Positions 48,494 through 58,598 of a DNA stretch of 64,000 nt are shown here, one piece after another. Positions within the stretch are counted from its first letter, which is position 1. Each line of letters begins with the position of its first letter. Source of the stretch: Candidatus Enterousia sp. (lineage in GTDB: Bacteria; Pseudomonadota; Alphaproteobacteria; Rs-D84); the NCBI GenBank assembly GCA_045648665.1, contig JAZROL010000008.1:4064-68063 (forward strand), written 5' to 3'. Both the position numbers and the translations under genes were made by a program. The notes under the pieces were generated by a model, which had not been told where the DNA came from, ran no database searches, and saw only the letters and a program-made list of their open reading frames with translations.

Positions 48494-48868
48494 TTATTTA
48501 GCAGCCGCTTTTTTCGCTTCCACCTTTTTTACCAATCTTGCACTGCGTGTTGGTTTGTGAACTGGCTTCTTAGCAGGTTTGTCCGCTTTACCGTTCTTTT
48601 TTTCAATGGCTTTTTTAATTGCAGCCATTTCAGGTGTTAAACGAGATATAGGTTTTGCCATTACATAGGCATCCAATCCACCATGTTTTGTTAATGTACG
48701 CAATCCAGCCGTTGAAATACGCAAGCTAAAATCGCGACCCAAAATATCACTGTGGAATGATAATTTTTGCAAATTTGGCAAGAATGTACGTTTTGTATGA
48801 CGCATAGAATGCGATACATTCATTCCAACCATAGTCTTTTTTCCAGTTACTTTACATACGCGTGGCAT
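48494..48868 (-). CDS. rpmB: 50S ribosomal protein L28 with Lys-rich C-terminal extension
   Basis: MPRVCKVTGKKTMVGMNVSHSMRHTKRTFLPNLQ matches the L28 N-terminus. Start at the internal Met of ORF 48494..48916. Confidence 0.75.
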   Translation of the reverse strand: MPRVCKVTGKKTMVGMNVSHSMRHTKRTFLPNLQKLSFHSDILGRDFSLRISTAGLRTLTKHGGLDAYVMAKPISRLTPEMAAIKKAIEKKNGKADKPAKKPVHKPTRSARLVKKVEAKKAAAK

Positions 48869-48938
48869 ATTAAATCCTTTAATTACTGGGCAATAATTTA
48901 TACTATAATTTGCCAAAAGTCAAGTAATGTTTTTACTT

Positions 48939-50381
48939 TTATGACATTTTTGTTTGATGCGGTTCGGAAAGTAAATCTGTCACAACTTTCACAGGTGTAA
49001 AAGTTGTCCCAGGAACAGCGACTAGTATTGTATTCCATTTTGCCATCGCTCCGTTCCAAAGCCCTGGTCTTTCCATTGCACGCAAATCAATCCCGTTTTT
49101 CGATTTTTCAGATATAAACCCAGTATCTTCATCAATATATTCGTTTAAATTGAATTTGTTGCCAAGGTAATCTTTGGTTGCACATACCAAATCTACGGGG
49201 TTAAAGAATGAAGATGTTTGCATTATATCTTTTGATTCTGGTGCAATTTGGCTTGATTCAACAATTTGCAAAGAGCAAATACCGTTTTTGTCTTTTACCC
49301 AAAATGGCCCGCCACCAGGTGCGCCAGTGTTTTTTACTACACCGCAAACGCGCAATGGTCGATTTAATATTTTTTTGTATTCATTTGATGTTAATTTGTT
49401 ATCTAGTTTAATATTCAGTTTTGTTGTTATAAATTCATGCGCTTTATCAATGTCGTTGCAATCATCGTTTAATAAATCAAAAATTTGTTTTTGTATTTCG
49501 ATTAATATACCTGCTAATACTTTTTTGTATTTTATTGTGTCGTTACGCAAAGATTCAATTATTACATTGTCTATGTTTTTTATAAATATTAAATCAGCAT
49601 CTAAATCATTTAAATTTGCGATTAATGCACCATGTCCCGCAGGGCGGAATAACAATGAACCGTCGGAGTTTCTGAACGGTGTATTATCAAGGTTAACAGC
49701 AATAGTATCCGTTGATTTCTTTTGTTCTGACAAAGAAATATTATATTTTAATCCATATTGTTTTTCGTATTCAGGTATCACACTATTTAATAATTCTTCA
49801 AATGCAGGTCTGTGTTCTGGCGAAATAGTGAAATGTATATTTACATTATTACCAGATGCGGCATATTGTGCCCCTTCGCTTAAATGTTCTTCTACTGGTG
49901 TCTTTTCGCGATTTTCATATTTATGGAATTTGACAAGGCCTTTGGGTTTGTTTCCGTAATTCAAACCTTTGTCTGTTAAAATGTATTTTATAATATCCAT
50001 ATCAGATTTATTGTTCGGTAAAATTTTTTCTAAATCATCCCAAAAAGCAAATTTTTCAATATTTAATATTGTTGTTTCGGATATTTTGTTTGGGATATTT
50101 GTAGCCATAAAATCAAACAAATCTTTGAACATACGTGTTGCAGCACCAGATGCAGGAACAAATTTTAATATTTTTTTATTTTTTGCGTATTCATCATACA
50201 TGCTGATATATTTTTCAGCTTCTTCGTTTCCGCATTCAATAATACCATCTGTAACAGAGGCAGGTTTAACGATATTTATAAAAGAAAAGCCCGATTTAAA
50301 TTTCTGAATTTGATTATTAACATTTTCGATTGTTAAGCCATGATTTTGAATTTGTTTTATATCTTGTTCTGAAAAATTCAT
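48939..50381 (-). CDS. UDPGP-family nucleotidyltransferase-like protein (DUF4301-like)
   Basis: KFVPASGAATRMF (GGxGTRxG-like) and RPAGHGAL (PxGHG) resemble UDP-sugar pyrophosphorylase folds. Assignment tentative. Confidence 0.4.
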   Translation of the reverse strand: MNFSEQDIKQIQNHGLTIENVNNQIQKFKSGFSFINIVKPASVTDGIIECGNEEAEKYISMYDEYAKNKKILKFVPASGAATRMFKDLFDFMATNIPNKISETTILNIEKFAFWDDLEKILPNNKSDMDIIKYILTDKGLNYGNKPKGLVKFHKYENREKTPVEEHLSEGAQYAASGNNVNIHFTISPEHRPAFEELLNSVIPEYEKQYGLKYNISLSEQKKSTDTIAVNLDNTPFRNSDGSLLFRPAGHGALIANLNDLDADLIFIKNIDNVIIESLRNDTIKYKKVLAGILIEIQKQIFDLLNDDCNDIDKAHEFITTKLNIKLDNKLTSNEYKKILNRPLRVCGVVKNTGAPGGGPFWVKDKNGICSLQIVESSQIAPESKDIMQTSSFFNPVDLVCATKDYLGNKFNLNEYIDEDTGFISEKSKNGIDLRAMERPGLWNGAMAKWNTILVAVPGTTFTPVKVVTDLLSEPHQTKMS

Positions 50382-50538
50382 AATGAACCCCTTGGTGTTT
50401 TGTGTCGGTCAAATTCTATATCAAAATTTTGTGTGTAGCAATAATATTATAGGATTTTTTATTTTGGGTTTATTGTCCGATGGCTTGAATTTTTCAAATA
50501 TGTGACTATATAAACATAGAAATAAAACAAGAGGTAAT

Positions 50539-52599
50539 TTGATGAATCCAGATGAAGTACAAGAAACACCGCAACAGGCGATTGAAAAATATACAACTGA
50601 TTTTACTAAATTGGCGGCAGACGGAAAATTAGACCCGGTCATAGGGCGCGAAGAAGAAGTTCGCAGAACAATTCAAGTTTTATCGCGTCGTACCAAGAAT
50701 AACCCAGTGTTAATTGGTAATCCTGGTGTTGGTAAAACAGCGATTGTTGAAGGTTTGGCGCAACGTATTGTTTCCGGTGATATGCCTGAAAATTTATTAA
50801 ATAAAAAATTATTGTCGTTGGATATGGGGGCTTTGATGGCGGGCGCTATGTTTCGTGGTCAATTCGAAGGGCGCCTTAAAGCCATATTAAAAGCAGTCAA
50901 AGAATCAAACGGTGAAATAATTTTGTTTATCGATGAATTGCATACTATGGTCGGTGCCGGCAAAGGCGAAGGTTCAATGGATGCCGGTAATTTATTAAAA
51001 CCTATGTTGGCGCGTGGCGAATTGCATTGTGTTGGTGCGACCACTTTGGACGAATATCGTCAATATATTGAAAAAGATCCAGCTTTGGCGCGCCGTTTTC
51101 AACCTGTTTATGTGGATGAACCAACGGTTGATGATACTATTTCTATATTGCGCGGATTAAAAGATAAATACGAAGGCCATCATGGTGTTCGTATTGCAGA
51201 TTCTGCGCTGGTGGCGGCTGTGAAATTGTCTAATCGTTACATAACCGACAGATTTTTGCCAGATAAAGCAATCGATTTAATTGACGAAGCCGCCGCGCGT
51301 GTTCGTATTGAAATTGCTTCAAAACCTGAAAAACTTGATGAATTAGACAGACATTTAATGCAATTAAAAATCGAACAACAGGCACTTAAAAAAGAAAAAG
51401 ACGAAGAATCTAAAAAACGTTTGAAAGATTTAGAGTCTTTGATTGAAAAATTGGATGCAGAATCAAAAGAGATGACCGCAAAATGGGTTGATGAACAAAA
51501 AAAGATGAAGGGTTTATCTGATGCCATGGCCGCATTAGATGCGGCACGTGCAGAGGTTGCCATCGCGATGCGCAATGGTGATTATGAAAAAGCATCGGCA
51601 CTGCAATACGGCAAGATTCCGCAATTAGAGGAAGAAATAAAAAAGCAAAACACAGAATCCAAAGAATATAAAACTGTGTTGCCAGAACATATTGCGGCGG
51701 TTGTGTCTAAATGGACGGGGGTCCCCGCGGACAGATTATCAGTCGAAGAACAATCTAAATTATTAAATATCGAAGATGAATTGCGTAAACGTGTTGTCGG
51801 GCAAGATTATGCTTTGTCTGTTGTTGCACGTGCAATACGTCGTTCGCGTGCAGGTTTATCGGATCCACGCAGGCCATCTGGTTCGTTTATGTTCTTGGGA
51901 CCAACCGGTGTCGGTAAAACAGAGGTCGCAAAAGCATTAGCGGAATATTTATTCAATGATGATACTGCGATGACACGTATTGATATGAGTGAGTATATGG
52001 AACCTCATTCTGTCGCACGTTTAATTGGTGCACCTCCGGGATATGTTGGATATGAAGCGGGCGGTGAATTAACTGAATCTGTTCGTCGTCGCCCTTATCA
52101 GGTGTTGTTGTTTGATGAAATAGAAAAAGCACACCCAGATGTATTTAATGTCTTTTTACAAATACTGGACGATGGACGCCTTACAGACGGGCAGGGACGT
52201 ATTGTTAATTTCACAAATACTATCATAATTATGACAAGTAATTTGCCAAATATGGAAGCAGTGAAAAAACAATTTAGACCTGAATTTATCAACCGTATTG
52301 ATGAAATAGTGTTCTTTAATGCGCTGGGTAAAGACGTAATGGCGGACATTGTAAAGATTCAATTAAAGATTCTTGAAAAACGTCTGGCTGAACGTCAAAT
52401 ATCTTTGCGTGTGACGGATAAAGCAATCAAATGGTTGGGTGATAATGGGTATGATGCAGTCTTTGGTGCGCGTCCATTGAAACGCCTTATCACAACCGCA
52501 GTGGAAGATAAAATCGCAGATTTGATTTTATCTGGCGCAGTTGGCGAAGGTTCAACCGTTAACGTTGACGTTCATGGCAAAGAATTATTGATACAGTAA
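50539..52599 (+). CDS. clpB: ATP-dependent chaperone ClpB lacking the N-terminal domain
   Basis: Two AAA+ modules (GNPGVGKT and GPTGVGKT), coiled-coil M-domain. 686 aa vs ~860 for full ClpB; begins at the NBD1 linker. Confidence 0.85.
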   Translation: MMNPDEVQETPQQAIEKYTTDFTKLAADGKLDPVIGREEEVRRTIQVLSRRTKNNPVLIGNPGVGKTAIVEGLAQRIVSGDMPENLLNKKLLSLDMGALMAGAMFRGQFEGRLKAILKAVKESNGEIILFIDELHTMVGAGKGEGSMDAGNLLKPMLARGELHCVGATTLDEYRQYIEKDPALARRFQPVYVDEPTVDDTISILRGLKDKYEGHHGVRIADSALVAAVKLSNRYITDRFLPDKAIDLIDEAAARVRIEIASKPEKLDELDRHLMQLKIEQQALKKEKDEESKKRLKDLESLIEKLDAESKEMTAKWVDEQKKMKGLSDAMAALDAARAEVAIAMRNGDYEKASALQYGKIPQLEEEIKKQNTESKEYKTVLPEHIAAVVSKWTGVPADRLSVEEQSKLLNIEDELRKRVVGQDYALSVVARAIRRSRAGLSDPRRPSGSFMFLGPTGVGKTEVAKALAEYLFNDDTAMTRIDMSEYMEPHSVARLIGAPPGYVGYEAGGELTESVRRRPYQVLLFDEIEKAHPDVFNVFLQILDDGRLTDGQGRIVNFTNTIIIMTSNLPNMEAVKKQFRPEFINRIDEIVFFNALGKDVMADIVKIQLKILEKRLAERQISLRVTDKAIKWLGDNGYDAVFGARPLKRLITTAVEDKIADLILSGAVGEGSTVNVDVHGKELLIQ

Positions 52600-52715
52600 T
52601 TTGTATGAATATTAAATACCGTCCTTTTTTAGGACGGTATTTTTTCGTATAAAATCTTCTTGCGCTGGTTGGTGTTTTTTTGTTAAATTTTTCATCGGAA
52701 GAAAAGGATTTTATC

Positions 52716-53540
52716 ATGCAAAATATGACACTTGATTCTGTGATTTCTACACTGGGGCGAATTGTTGCCGATTTTGGTATGAAATTACTGGCGGCGATTG
52801 CTATATGGATTATTGGTTTCTGGATTGTAAAGAAAATAGTTGCGTCCATCAGTTATGGTATGAAATTACATAATGTGGAACCTTCATTGGCATCTTTTTC
52901 GTTGTCTTTTATAAGTATTACATTAAAAGTTTTTGTGGTAATCATAATTTTGACCACTATGGGTGTGCAAATGACATCAATAGTTGCTGTGTTAGGGGCG
53001 GCATCATTGGCCATAGGTATGGCTTTGTCCGGTATGTTGCAAAATGTGGCGGGCGGTATGGTTATATTGTTGTTTAAACCTTTTAAGGTCGGCGATACAA
53101 TTATCACTGCGGATGGGCGGACGGGCATAGTTCAAAAAATTATGATTTTTACAACCCAGATAAATACTTTTGATAATCAAATTTTGTTCTTGCCAAATGG
53201 CGCATTAGCAAATGGTGTGATAACTAATTTAACCATGGGTGAAAAACGTAGGACAGATTTGTCCGTCGCAATATCATATGGAGACAATGTTGAAAAAGCA
53301 CGTGATTTAGTGTTAAAATTATTAAAAAAAGATAAACGTGTTTTAAAAGATCCGACGCCTGTTGTATTTTTATCTTCGCTGGATGATAGTTCTGTGACTT
53401 TGATAATTCGTTATTGGACAATGTTTGATAATTTGTTGTCTACCAAAGCAGACGTGTTAGAATCTATATATAAGGAATTCCCGAAAAACAAGTTGAATTT
53501 TCCATTCCCACAAATGGATGTTCATATGAAAAAGAGTTAA
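52716..53540 (+). CDS. mscS: small-conductance mechanosensitive channel
   Basis: 3 TM plus MscS beta-domain block FKVGDTIITADGRTGIVQKI. Start at MQNMTLDS (RBS AAAAGGA). Confidence 0.75.
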   Translation: MQNMTLDSVISTLGRIVADFGMKLLAAIAIWIIGFWIVKKIVASISYGMKLHNVEPSLASFSLSFISITLKVFVVIIILTTMGVQMTSIVAVLGAASLAIGMALSGMLQNVAGGMVILLFKPFKVGDTIITADGRTGIVQKIMIFTTQINTFDNQILFLPNGALANGVITNLTMGEKRRTDLSVAISYGDNVEKARDLVLKLLKKDKRVLKDPTPVVFLSSLDDSSVTLIIRYWTMFDNLLSTKADVLESIYKEFPKNKLNFPFPQMDVHMKKS

Positions 53541-53568
53541 AAATAAAACGTCCAAGTGGACGTTTTAT

Positions 53569-54429
53569 TTATTTAGAATATTGATTAATTTTTTGTACTA
53601 AATTATTAAATCTTTGTTTTGCACGATTAAATAAATTTGGTTTTTGTTGTTTGTGTTTTTCTGGTAATTTTTTATAGATTTGTTTGCATATATTACCAAC
53701 AGTTGTAAAATTCATAGCGGTAACATAGATTGCAAATTTTTCTTTAATCCATGCAAAAAATTCCAAAGTTTCATCGGCATCCATTCTTAAATCAGTGTAC
53801 CAATTCGATTCTGGTTTTACCTGGTTTATGCTGTATCTAGCCGACAAGTGATTTGATACGATTTCAAAAATATCTTGTTCTGTGTATGTTTTGATACCTT
53901 TGTTGTTTTTCAATTGGTGTGTTTTTTTTCTTTGTATTGCATAAAATATTTTTTCACAAAAATCATCAAGATTTATAAAATATGTTCTTTGTAAAATGAT
54001 ATTAAATGTTTTATCTGCCCAAGCAATAAGGTCGGAACGATCGAAATCTTGAAAATGCAAATCAATAAAAAAGTTATCTGTCGGTCTGGCATTCATAATA
54101 CCATATTTATCTTTTAAGTGTTCATCCAAGATTTTGAAAACATCATTTTTTGAATCGATTTCTTTTGGATTTAAATAATCACAGAAAATATCACAAAATT
54201 CTTTCAATGTTTTTGATTGTTCAAATATTTCAACATCTTTGGTTTCAACAGAAACTTTATAATGTTTTTCCATTTTCATTAAAAATTCATATTTGCCCAA
54301 AGAATCCAAATCCAAATCCCAATAAAAAGAACAGGCGTCTTCTGTTATGCTTTCTTCTTTAAGATCTTGCATGTCGGCGACAATTTTTTTAGCAGTATTA
54401 AAAATTTCTTTATTATTGTATTCCATAAT
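53569..54429 (-). CDS. protein with tandem acyl-carrier-protein-like repeats
   Basis: Repeated DLDLDSLGKYEFLMKMEKHY, DLHFQDFDRSDLIAWADKTF and DLRMDADETLEFFAWIKEKF blocks (ACP DSL-helix-like). Start moved to MEYNNKE to avoid overlap with the upstream ACP gene. Confidence 0.4.
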   Translation of the reverse strand: MMEYNNKEIFNTAKKIVADMQDLKEESITEDACSFYWDLDLDSLGKYEFLMKMEKHYKVSVETKDVEIFEQSKTLKEFCDIFCDYLNPKEIDSKNDVFKILDEHLKDKYGIMNARPTDNFFIDLHFQDFDRSDLIAWADKTFNIILQRTYFINLDDFCEKIFYAIQRKKTHQLKNNKGIKTYTEQDIFEIVSNHLSARYSINQVKPESNWYTDLRMDADETLEFFAWIKEKFAIYVTAMNFTTVGNICKQIYKKLPEKHKQQKPNLFNRAKQRFNNLVQKINQYSK

Positions 54430-54437
54430 ATTCAACC

Positions 54438-54752
54438 TTATTTTTGATTTTGAATTGTTTTTAATGTCATTGCTGTTTTGCGGGTTCTGGTAATTGCAGA
54501 TACGAAAGTATTGTAAACATCGTTCAAAGAATCTATTTCGCCAGTATCCGCCCATTCCATATGGACATTGTATCTTTCTTCCAATTCAACAATCAATTCG
54601 GCAATGTCCAAAGACGACAGATTCAACGCTTCACGAAAAGAATCGTTTTCTGTCAACAGTCCAGCTTTTTGAAAGCCCAACCATTTACCGTGTTGCAAAA
54701 TATCTTTCGCAACGTCTATAATTTCTGGTTTTGAAAATTTTTTTATGCTCAT
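54438..54752 (-). CDS. acyl/peptidyl carrier protein-like (104 aa)
   Basis: NLSSLDIAELIVELEERY matches the ACP phosphopantetheine-attachment helix (Ser in the LSSLD motif). Confidence 0.5.
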   Translation of the reverse strand: MSIKKFSKPEIIDVAKDILQHGKWLGFQKAGLLTENDSFREALNLSSLDIAELIVELEERYNVHMEWADTGEIDSLNDVYNTFVSAITRTRKTAMTLKTIQNQK

Positions 54753-54813
54753 AGTTTTTGTTTTCCTCTTGTAGCGTTCTTATTCTAAATCTGCAAATAC
54801 GTTTGTCAAATAT

Positions 54814-55746
54814 TTATCTTATTTTTTTTCGTTGTGATTTTATCAAACTGATAACAGATTGGTTGTTTTTATATATGTGTAAAAAACTGTGTTTTGCGTT
54901 TGGTAAAACGATAAATTTGAATAAATTTCTGTTTGGTTGTTTTTGTAATTCTTCAAATTTTTCTTGCATTTGTTCTGGTGGAGATTTTCTGTCTTTTTCA
55001 CCGGCCACGATAGTGATATAAGTGTTCCATTTGTTCATCAAATCTGGCCTGAAAGGATATTCTTGCATTTCTGTAATAAACTTAGGCAATATTGAAACAT
55101 ATCGTGTTTGTCCAGATGACCAAGCATCAAAAATATTCATAATAGGCAATATTTTGTGTGGATTATCGAAATTGTTTGATTCACTTCTTTTATAGATCAT
55201 TTCTTTGAAACAATCAAACCATTCTGTGCTCACCCATGGCGCAAACAACATAACAGAATTAATATGTGTTTGTTCGCCTTTTTTTGTTATGTTATTAAGT
55301 GCGTCTATTACACCAGTAGCACCAGCACTGTGTCCAACAAGAATATTTGATTGATTAATAGTATATTGTGCAGTGAATTTTATACTGCTTTCCAATAAAG
55401 ATACAAATTCAGGATATGTATTTTGTTGTGCTTTTTCAAAGGAGGGCATTTCATAAAATTCGCCTAAAAAAGTGTTGAAAGTAATAACGTTGTGACGATG
55501 TGTTAATGCCCAAAAAGTCAACATTTTCATCAATGGGTCGATGTCTGTGTTTGTTGCAAGACCGGGACTTAAAATAATATTACCATAAGGCTTGTTTGCA
55601 AATGTTGCATAATAAGTTATTTTAGCAGAATTGTTTATTTTTGTTCCAGAATAACAAACGGTTTCCCATTTTATGGTTTTTGCCTTCAGTTCTGGTAATA
55701 ATTCTTCAAAATTATTCGGTATGCCGAATTGTTTGTATCTGTCCAT
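54814..55746 (-). CDS. alpha/beta hydrolase (lipase/esterase/thioesterase-like)
   Basis: Nucleophile elbow VGHSAGATG (GxSxG); 310 aa. Confidence 0.6.
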   Translation of the reverse strand: MDRYKQFGIPNNFEELLPELKAKTIKWETVCYSGTKINNSAKITYYATFANKPYGNIILSPGLATNTDIDPLMKMLTFWALTHRHNVITFNTFLGEFYEMPSFEKAQQNTYPEFVSLLESSIKFTAQYTINQSNILVGHSAGATGVIDALNNITKKGEQTHINSVMLFAPWVSTEWFDCFKEMIYKRSESNNFDNPHKILPIMNIFDAWSSGQTRYVSILPKFITEMQEYPFRPDLMNKWNTYITIVAGEKDRKSPPEQMQEKFEELQKQPNRNLFKFIVLPNAKHSFLHIYKNNQSVISLIKSQRKKIR

Positions 55747-55886
55747 ATTTAGTTTCTTTGTTTTTATGATTATAGACTAAATATATATTTTGTCAATATG
55801 TTTTACGTTTTTTTGTGTTTTTAATTGACTTTCTGTAAATAAATGTATAAAATGTGTGGGCTTTCAGATGAAAGTAGCAAAGTTCT

Positions 55887-55910
55887 GGGGTTGTAGCTCA
55901 GTTGGTAGAG
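55887..55910 (+). repeat. duplicated 5' fragment (24 nt plus 11 nt upstream flank) of tRNA-Ala
   Basis: gcaaagttctggggttgtagctcagttggtagag occurs at 55876..55910 and 55963..55997. Confidence 0.8.
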
Positions 55911-55972
55911 GTAAGTTGCTTTACAGTGCAGCGGGTCTGTCAAAAGGGTTAAATCCTTAAATGCAAAGTTCT

Positions 55973-56048
55973 GGGGTTGTAGCTCAGTTGGTAGAGCACC
56001 TGCTTTGCAAGCAGGGGGTCGTCAGTTCGAGCCTGATCAGCTCCACCA
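55973..56048 (+). tRNA. tRNA-Ala (anticodon TGC)
   Basis: 76 nt, G3:U70 identity pair, anticodon loop TTTGCAA, T-arm TCGTC-AGTTCGA-GCC..., CCA encoded. Confidence 0.85.
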
Positions 56049-56114
56049 GAATAAAAGAAGCCGAAAAGGCAAGAACGAAAAAGAGAGACACCTTCTTGGG
56101 CAACCATCACCGTC

Positions 56115-56153
56115 TCGTCAGTTCGAGCCTGATCAGCTCCACCAGAATAAAAG
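56115..56153 (+). repeat. 39-bp direct repeat of the tRNA-Ala 3' end plus 9 nt flank (att-like scar)
   Basis: tcgtcagttcgagcctgatcagctccaccagaataaaag present at 56019..56057 (within and just after the tRNA) and again at 56115..56153. A terminator hairpin (gggatgaaaatcccctttttt) follows only the second copy. Confidence 0.8.
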
Positions 56154-56254
56154 GGGATGAAAATCCCCTTTTTTGATATCATATGAAAGTCAAGAAATTT
56201 AATGTTTTTTTATTTCGTTGTGTAATAATGTTCTTATATGATTGTGAATTTATA

Positions 56255-57037
56255 ATGAAAATAGGCGTTTTTGATTCTGGTTTAGGCGGTTTAGTTATAG
56301 CAAAGTCTTTGATGGATTCTTTGCCTTGTTATGATTATGTTTATTTTGGTGATACCGAACATTTACCGTACGGCGACAAAACAAATTTACAAATAAAAGA
56401 ATACACTGAAAATGCTGTGCGGTTTTTAATAAATCAAAATTGCAAAATAATAATTATTGCATGTAATACTGCATCTGCAGTGTGTTTGCGTTATATTCAA
56501 CAGGTCTTTTGTCCGAATTTGTTTCCAGATATAAAAGTTTTGGGTGTGATTATACCAACAATAGAAATCGCTTTAGATTATCAAGATAATAAAATAGGTG
56601 TTGTTGGGACAAACGCCACTATTAAATCTGGTGTGTATAATATAGAATTAAAGAAGAAAAAAACAGATATAGATGTCATCAGTATGGCAACGCCTGAATT
56701 GGTGCCTTTGATAGAATCTAATGATTTTGTCGGTGCAGAAAATATAATAAAGCAATATTGTAAAAAGTTGACAGGTATTCCTGTTTTAATATTGGGCTGT
56801 ACGCATTATCCGTTGGTAAAAGGTTTGTTTGAACAATATCTTCCAAATACAAAAATAATATCACAAAACGATTTTATGGGATATAAATTAAAGGACTATT
56901 TATCAAGACATTGCGAGATAGAAACAAAATTGACCAGAAATTCATCAAGAAATTTTTTTGTAAGCAAGATTAATCAAAAATATATAGAAATTGCAAATTT
57001 ATTGTTCCCAAGTGCAATAATAAAATCAACAAGATAA
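56255..57037 (+). CDS. murI: glutamate racemase
   Basis: MKIGVFDSGLGGL N-terminus, IACNTAS and GCTHYP catalytic Cys motifs. Confidence 0.85.
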   Translation: MKIGVFDSGLGGLVIAKSLMDSLPCYDYVYFGDTEHLPYGDKTNLQIKEYTENAVRFLINQNCKIIIIACNTASAVCLRYIQQVFCPNLFPDIKVLGVIIPTIEIALDYQDNKIGVVGTNATIKSGVYNIELKKKKTDIDVISMATPELVPLIESNDFVGAENIIKQYCKKLTGIPVLILGCTHYPLVKGLFEQYLPNTKIISQNDFMGYKLKDYLSRHCEIETKLTRNSSRNFFVSKINQKYIEIANLLFPSAIIKSTR

Positions 57038-57126
57038 AAAAACTTGTATTTTTATTTTTTATATTATAAAATCAGTCCCGACAATAACAAATAAATACAA
57101 ATTCGCCAAAAGGGGGTGAATACATA

Positions 57127-57333
57127 ATGGTTAAAGTTTTGGTCCGTGATAATAATGTTGAACAGGCTTTGCGTGTTGCAAAACGTAAATCACAAAAAGA
57201 AGGCCTGTATCGCGAAATGAAAGAACGTCAACGTTATGAAAAACCAACAACTAAACGTAAACGTTTGAAAGAAGAGGCTGTTCGTAACGAAAAGAAACGT
57301 CAATCAAAACAACGTATGGTCTTTGGTTTCTAA
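57127..57333 (+). CDS. rpsU: 30S ribosomal protein S21
   Basis: 68 aa, [10 protein letters not shown] motif, terminator downstream. Confidence 0.8.
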   Translation: MVKVLVRDNNVEQALRVAKRKSQKEGLYREMKERQRYEKPTTKRKRLKEEAVRNEKKRQSKQRMVFGF

Positions 57334-57436
57334 TTACAGAAATTTTGAAAAAAGCCGTCCAATTGGGCGGTTTTTTTTATTAAACTTGAACTCTGTATTT
57401 GTTGTGGTTGTATCTGGACAATAAAAAAGGACAGAT

Positions 57437-58588
57437 ATGACAATGAATAAATCAAAATTTTTAAAAGAAACAGAACTTTGCCAAATGGTGCAAAAACTGT
57501 ATCAACAACAACAGTTGTTATTCAAGATGATGCAAAGTTTTACGAACCAAATAAAATCTACAAATGTAAAAAATAAATCAAACCCACCAACAATCGACTA
57601 TGTATTGAAACGGTTTGTGAACAAAGACAAACAAAACAGTGAAGAACCAGAACGTAAATATAATGCAATAAGCAAATATATAAATGCAGTTGGTTTGAAT
57701 TTGAATGAAAGTTATAATAACTTACATAACGAATTGATATTATCAAAAATTATAAATGCTATTATTGCGCGAACTGATATCAAGGGAAACCAGAAAATTC
57801 GTCATGCGCGATGGATTACTGGTTTTGCAAAGTTCGCTGTGTTCGCGTATCCTGATTTATATAAAACAGATGTTTTAGTTGGTCTGCCTTTGATAGAAAA
57901 AACTCCTAAAAGCGAAAGACAGCCACATACACCATACACAGATTTACAATTAAAGCGTATATTTGATCCGTCCAGGAAATTTTTTCGTAAATATCCGGAT
58001 TTATATTGGGGGTGTATGATAGCACTTTTTACAGGTGCGCGAAAAAATGCGGTATTCACATTGCAATACAAAGATATTTTTATCAAAGATGGATTTTGGT
58101 GTATAAATTTTATCCAAGATTGCCCCGGAATAAAAAAACTTAAAACAGAAGATTCAGAACGTATAGTTCCAATTCATTCTGCGCTGATAAAAATGGGCTT
58201 TTTAGACTACATTAAAAGAAAAATTCATAATTCAAGCACTGGTTTTATATTTGAAAAAATTTGTTTTAATGCGATGGGAAATTTGAATTCGCATATGGTT
58301 AGAAATTTTTTTTATTTTCTGGAACGCATAGGTATAAGAAATTTTGAATCTGGGCGTTATGATTTTCATTCTTTTCGTAAAAACGCAAATATAACAATGG
58401 AAAAATGTGGCATGATACGTTCGTACATAGACAAAATAATCGGTTGGCAGAGCAGGGGCAGTGAAGGTGAACGTTCTTATTCAAATTATACGATAAAGCA
58501 ATTAGCGGACCAGTTGGAATTGTTGCGTTACGATTGTTTGAAAAAAGAATTTAAACAATGGAAAAAGATTATGGCGACAATAGGCTGA
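57437..58588 (+). CDS. phage-type tyrosine recombinase/integrase
   Basis: Catalytic-domain signatures TGARKNA (box I Arg), HSFRKNA (H-x-x-R), C-terminal RSYSNYT (Tyr). Confidence 0.75.
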   Translation: MTMNKSKFLKETELCQMVQKLYQQQQLLFKMMQSFTNQIKSTNVKNKSNPPTIDYVLKRFVNKDKQNSEEPERKYNAISKYINAVGLNLNESYNNLHNELILSKIINAIIARTDIKGNQKIRHARWITGFAKFAVFAYPDLYKTDVLVGLPLIEKTPKSERQPHTPYTDLQLKRIFDPSRKFFRKYPDLYWGCMIALFTGARKNAVFTLQYKDIFIKDGFWCINFIQDCPGIKKLKTEDSERIVPIHSALIKMGFLDYIKRKIHNSSTGFIFEKICFNAMGNLNSHMVRNFFYFLERIGIRNFESGRYDFHSFRKNANITMEKCGMIRSYIDKIIGWQSRGSEGERSYSNYTIKQLADQLELLRYDCLKKEFKQWKKIMATIG

Positions 58589-58598
58589 TTTTGTTATT

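Noticed and set aside
55949-56182. ORFs 55949..56182 (-) and 55961..56176 (+) in the six-frame track
   Set aside because: They lie entirely over tRNA-Ala and its duplicated 3' end. The repeated peptide segments (VVSSSLISSTRIK...) are just the tRNA repeat translated.
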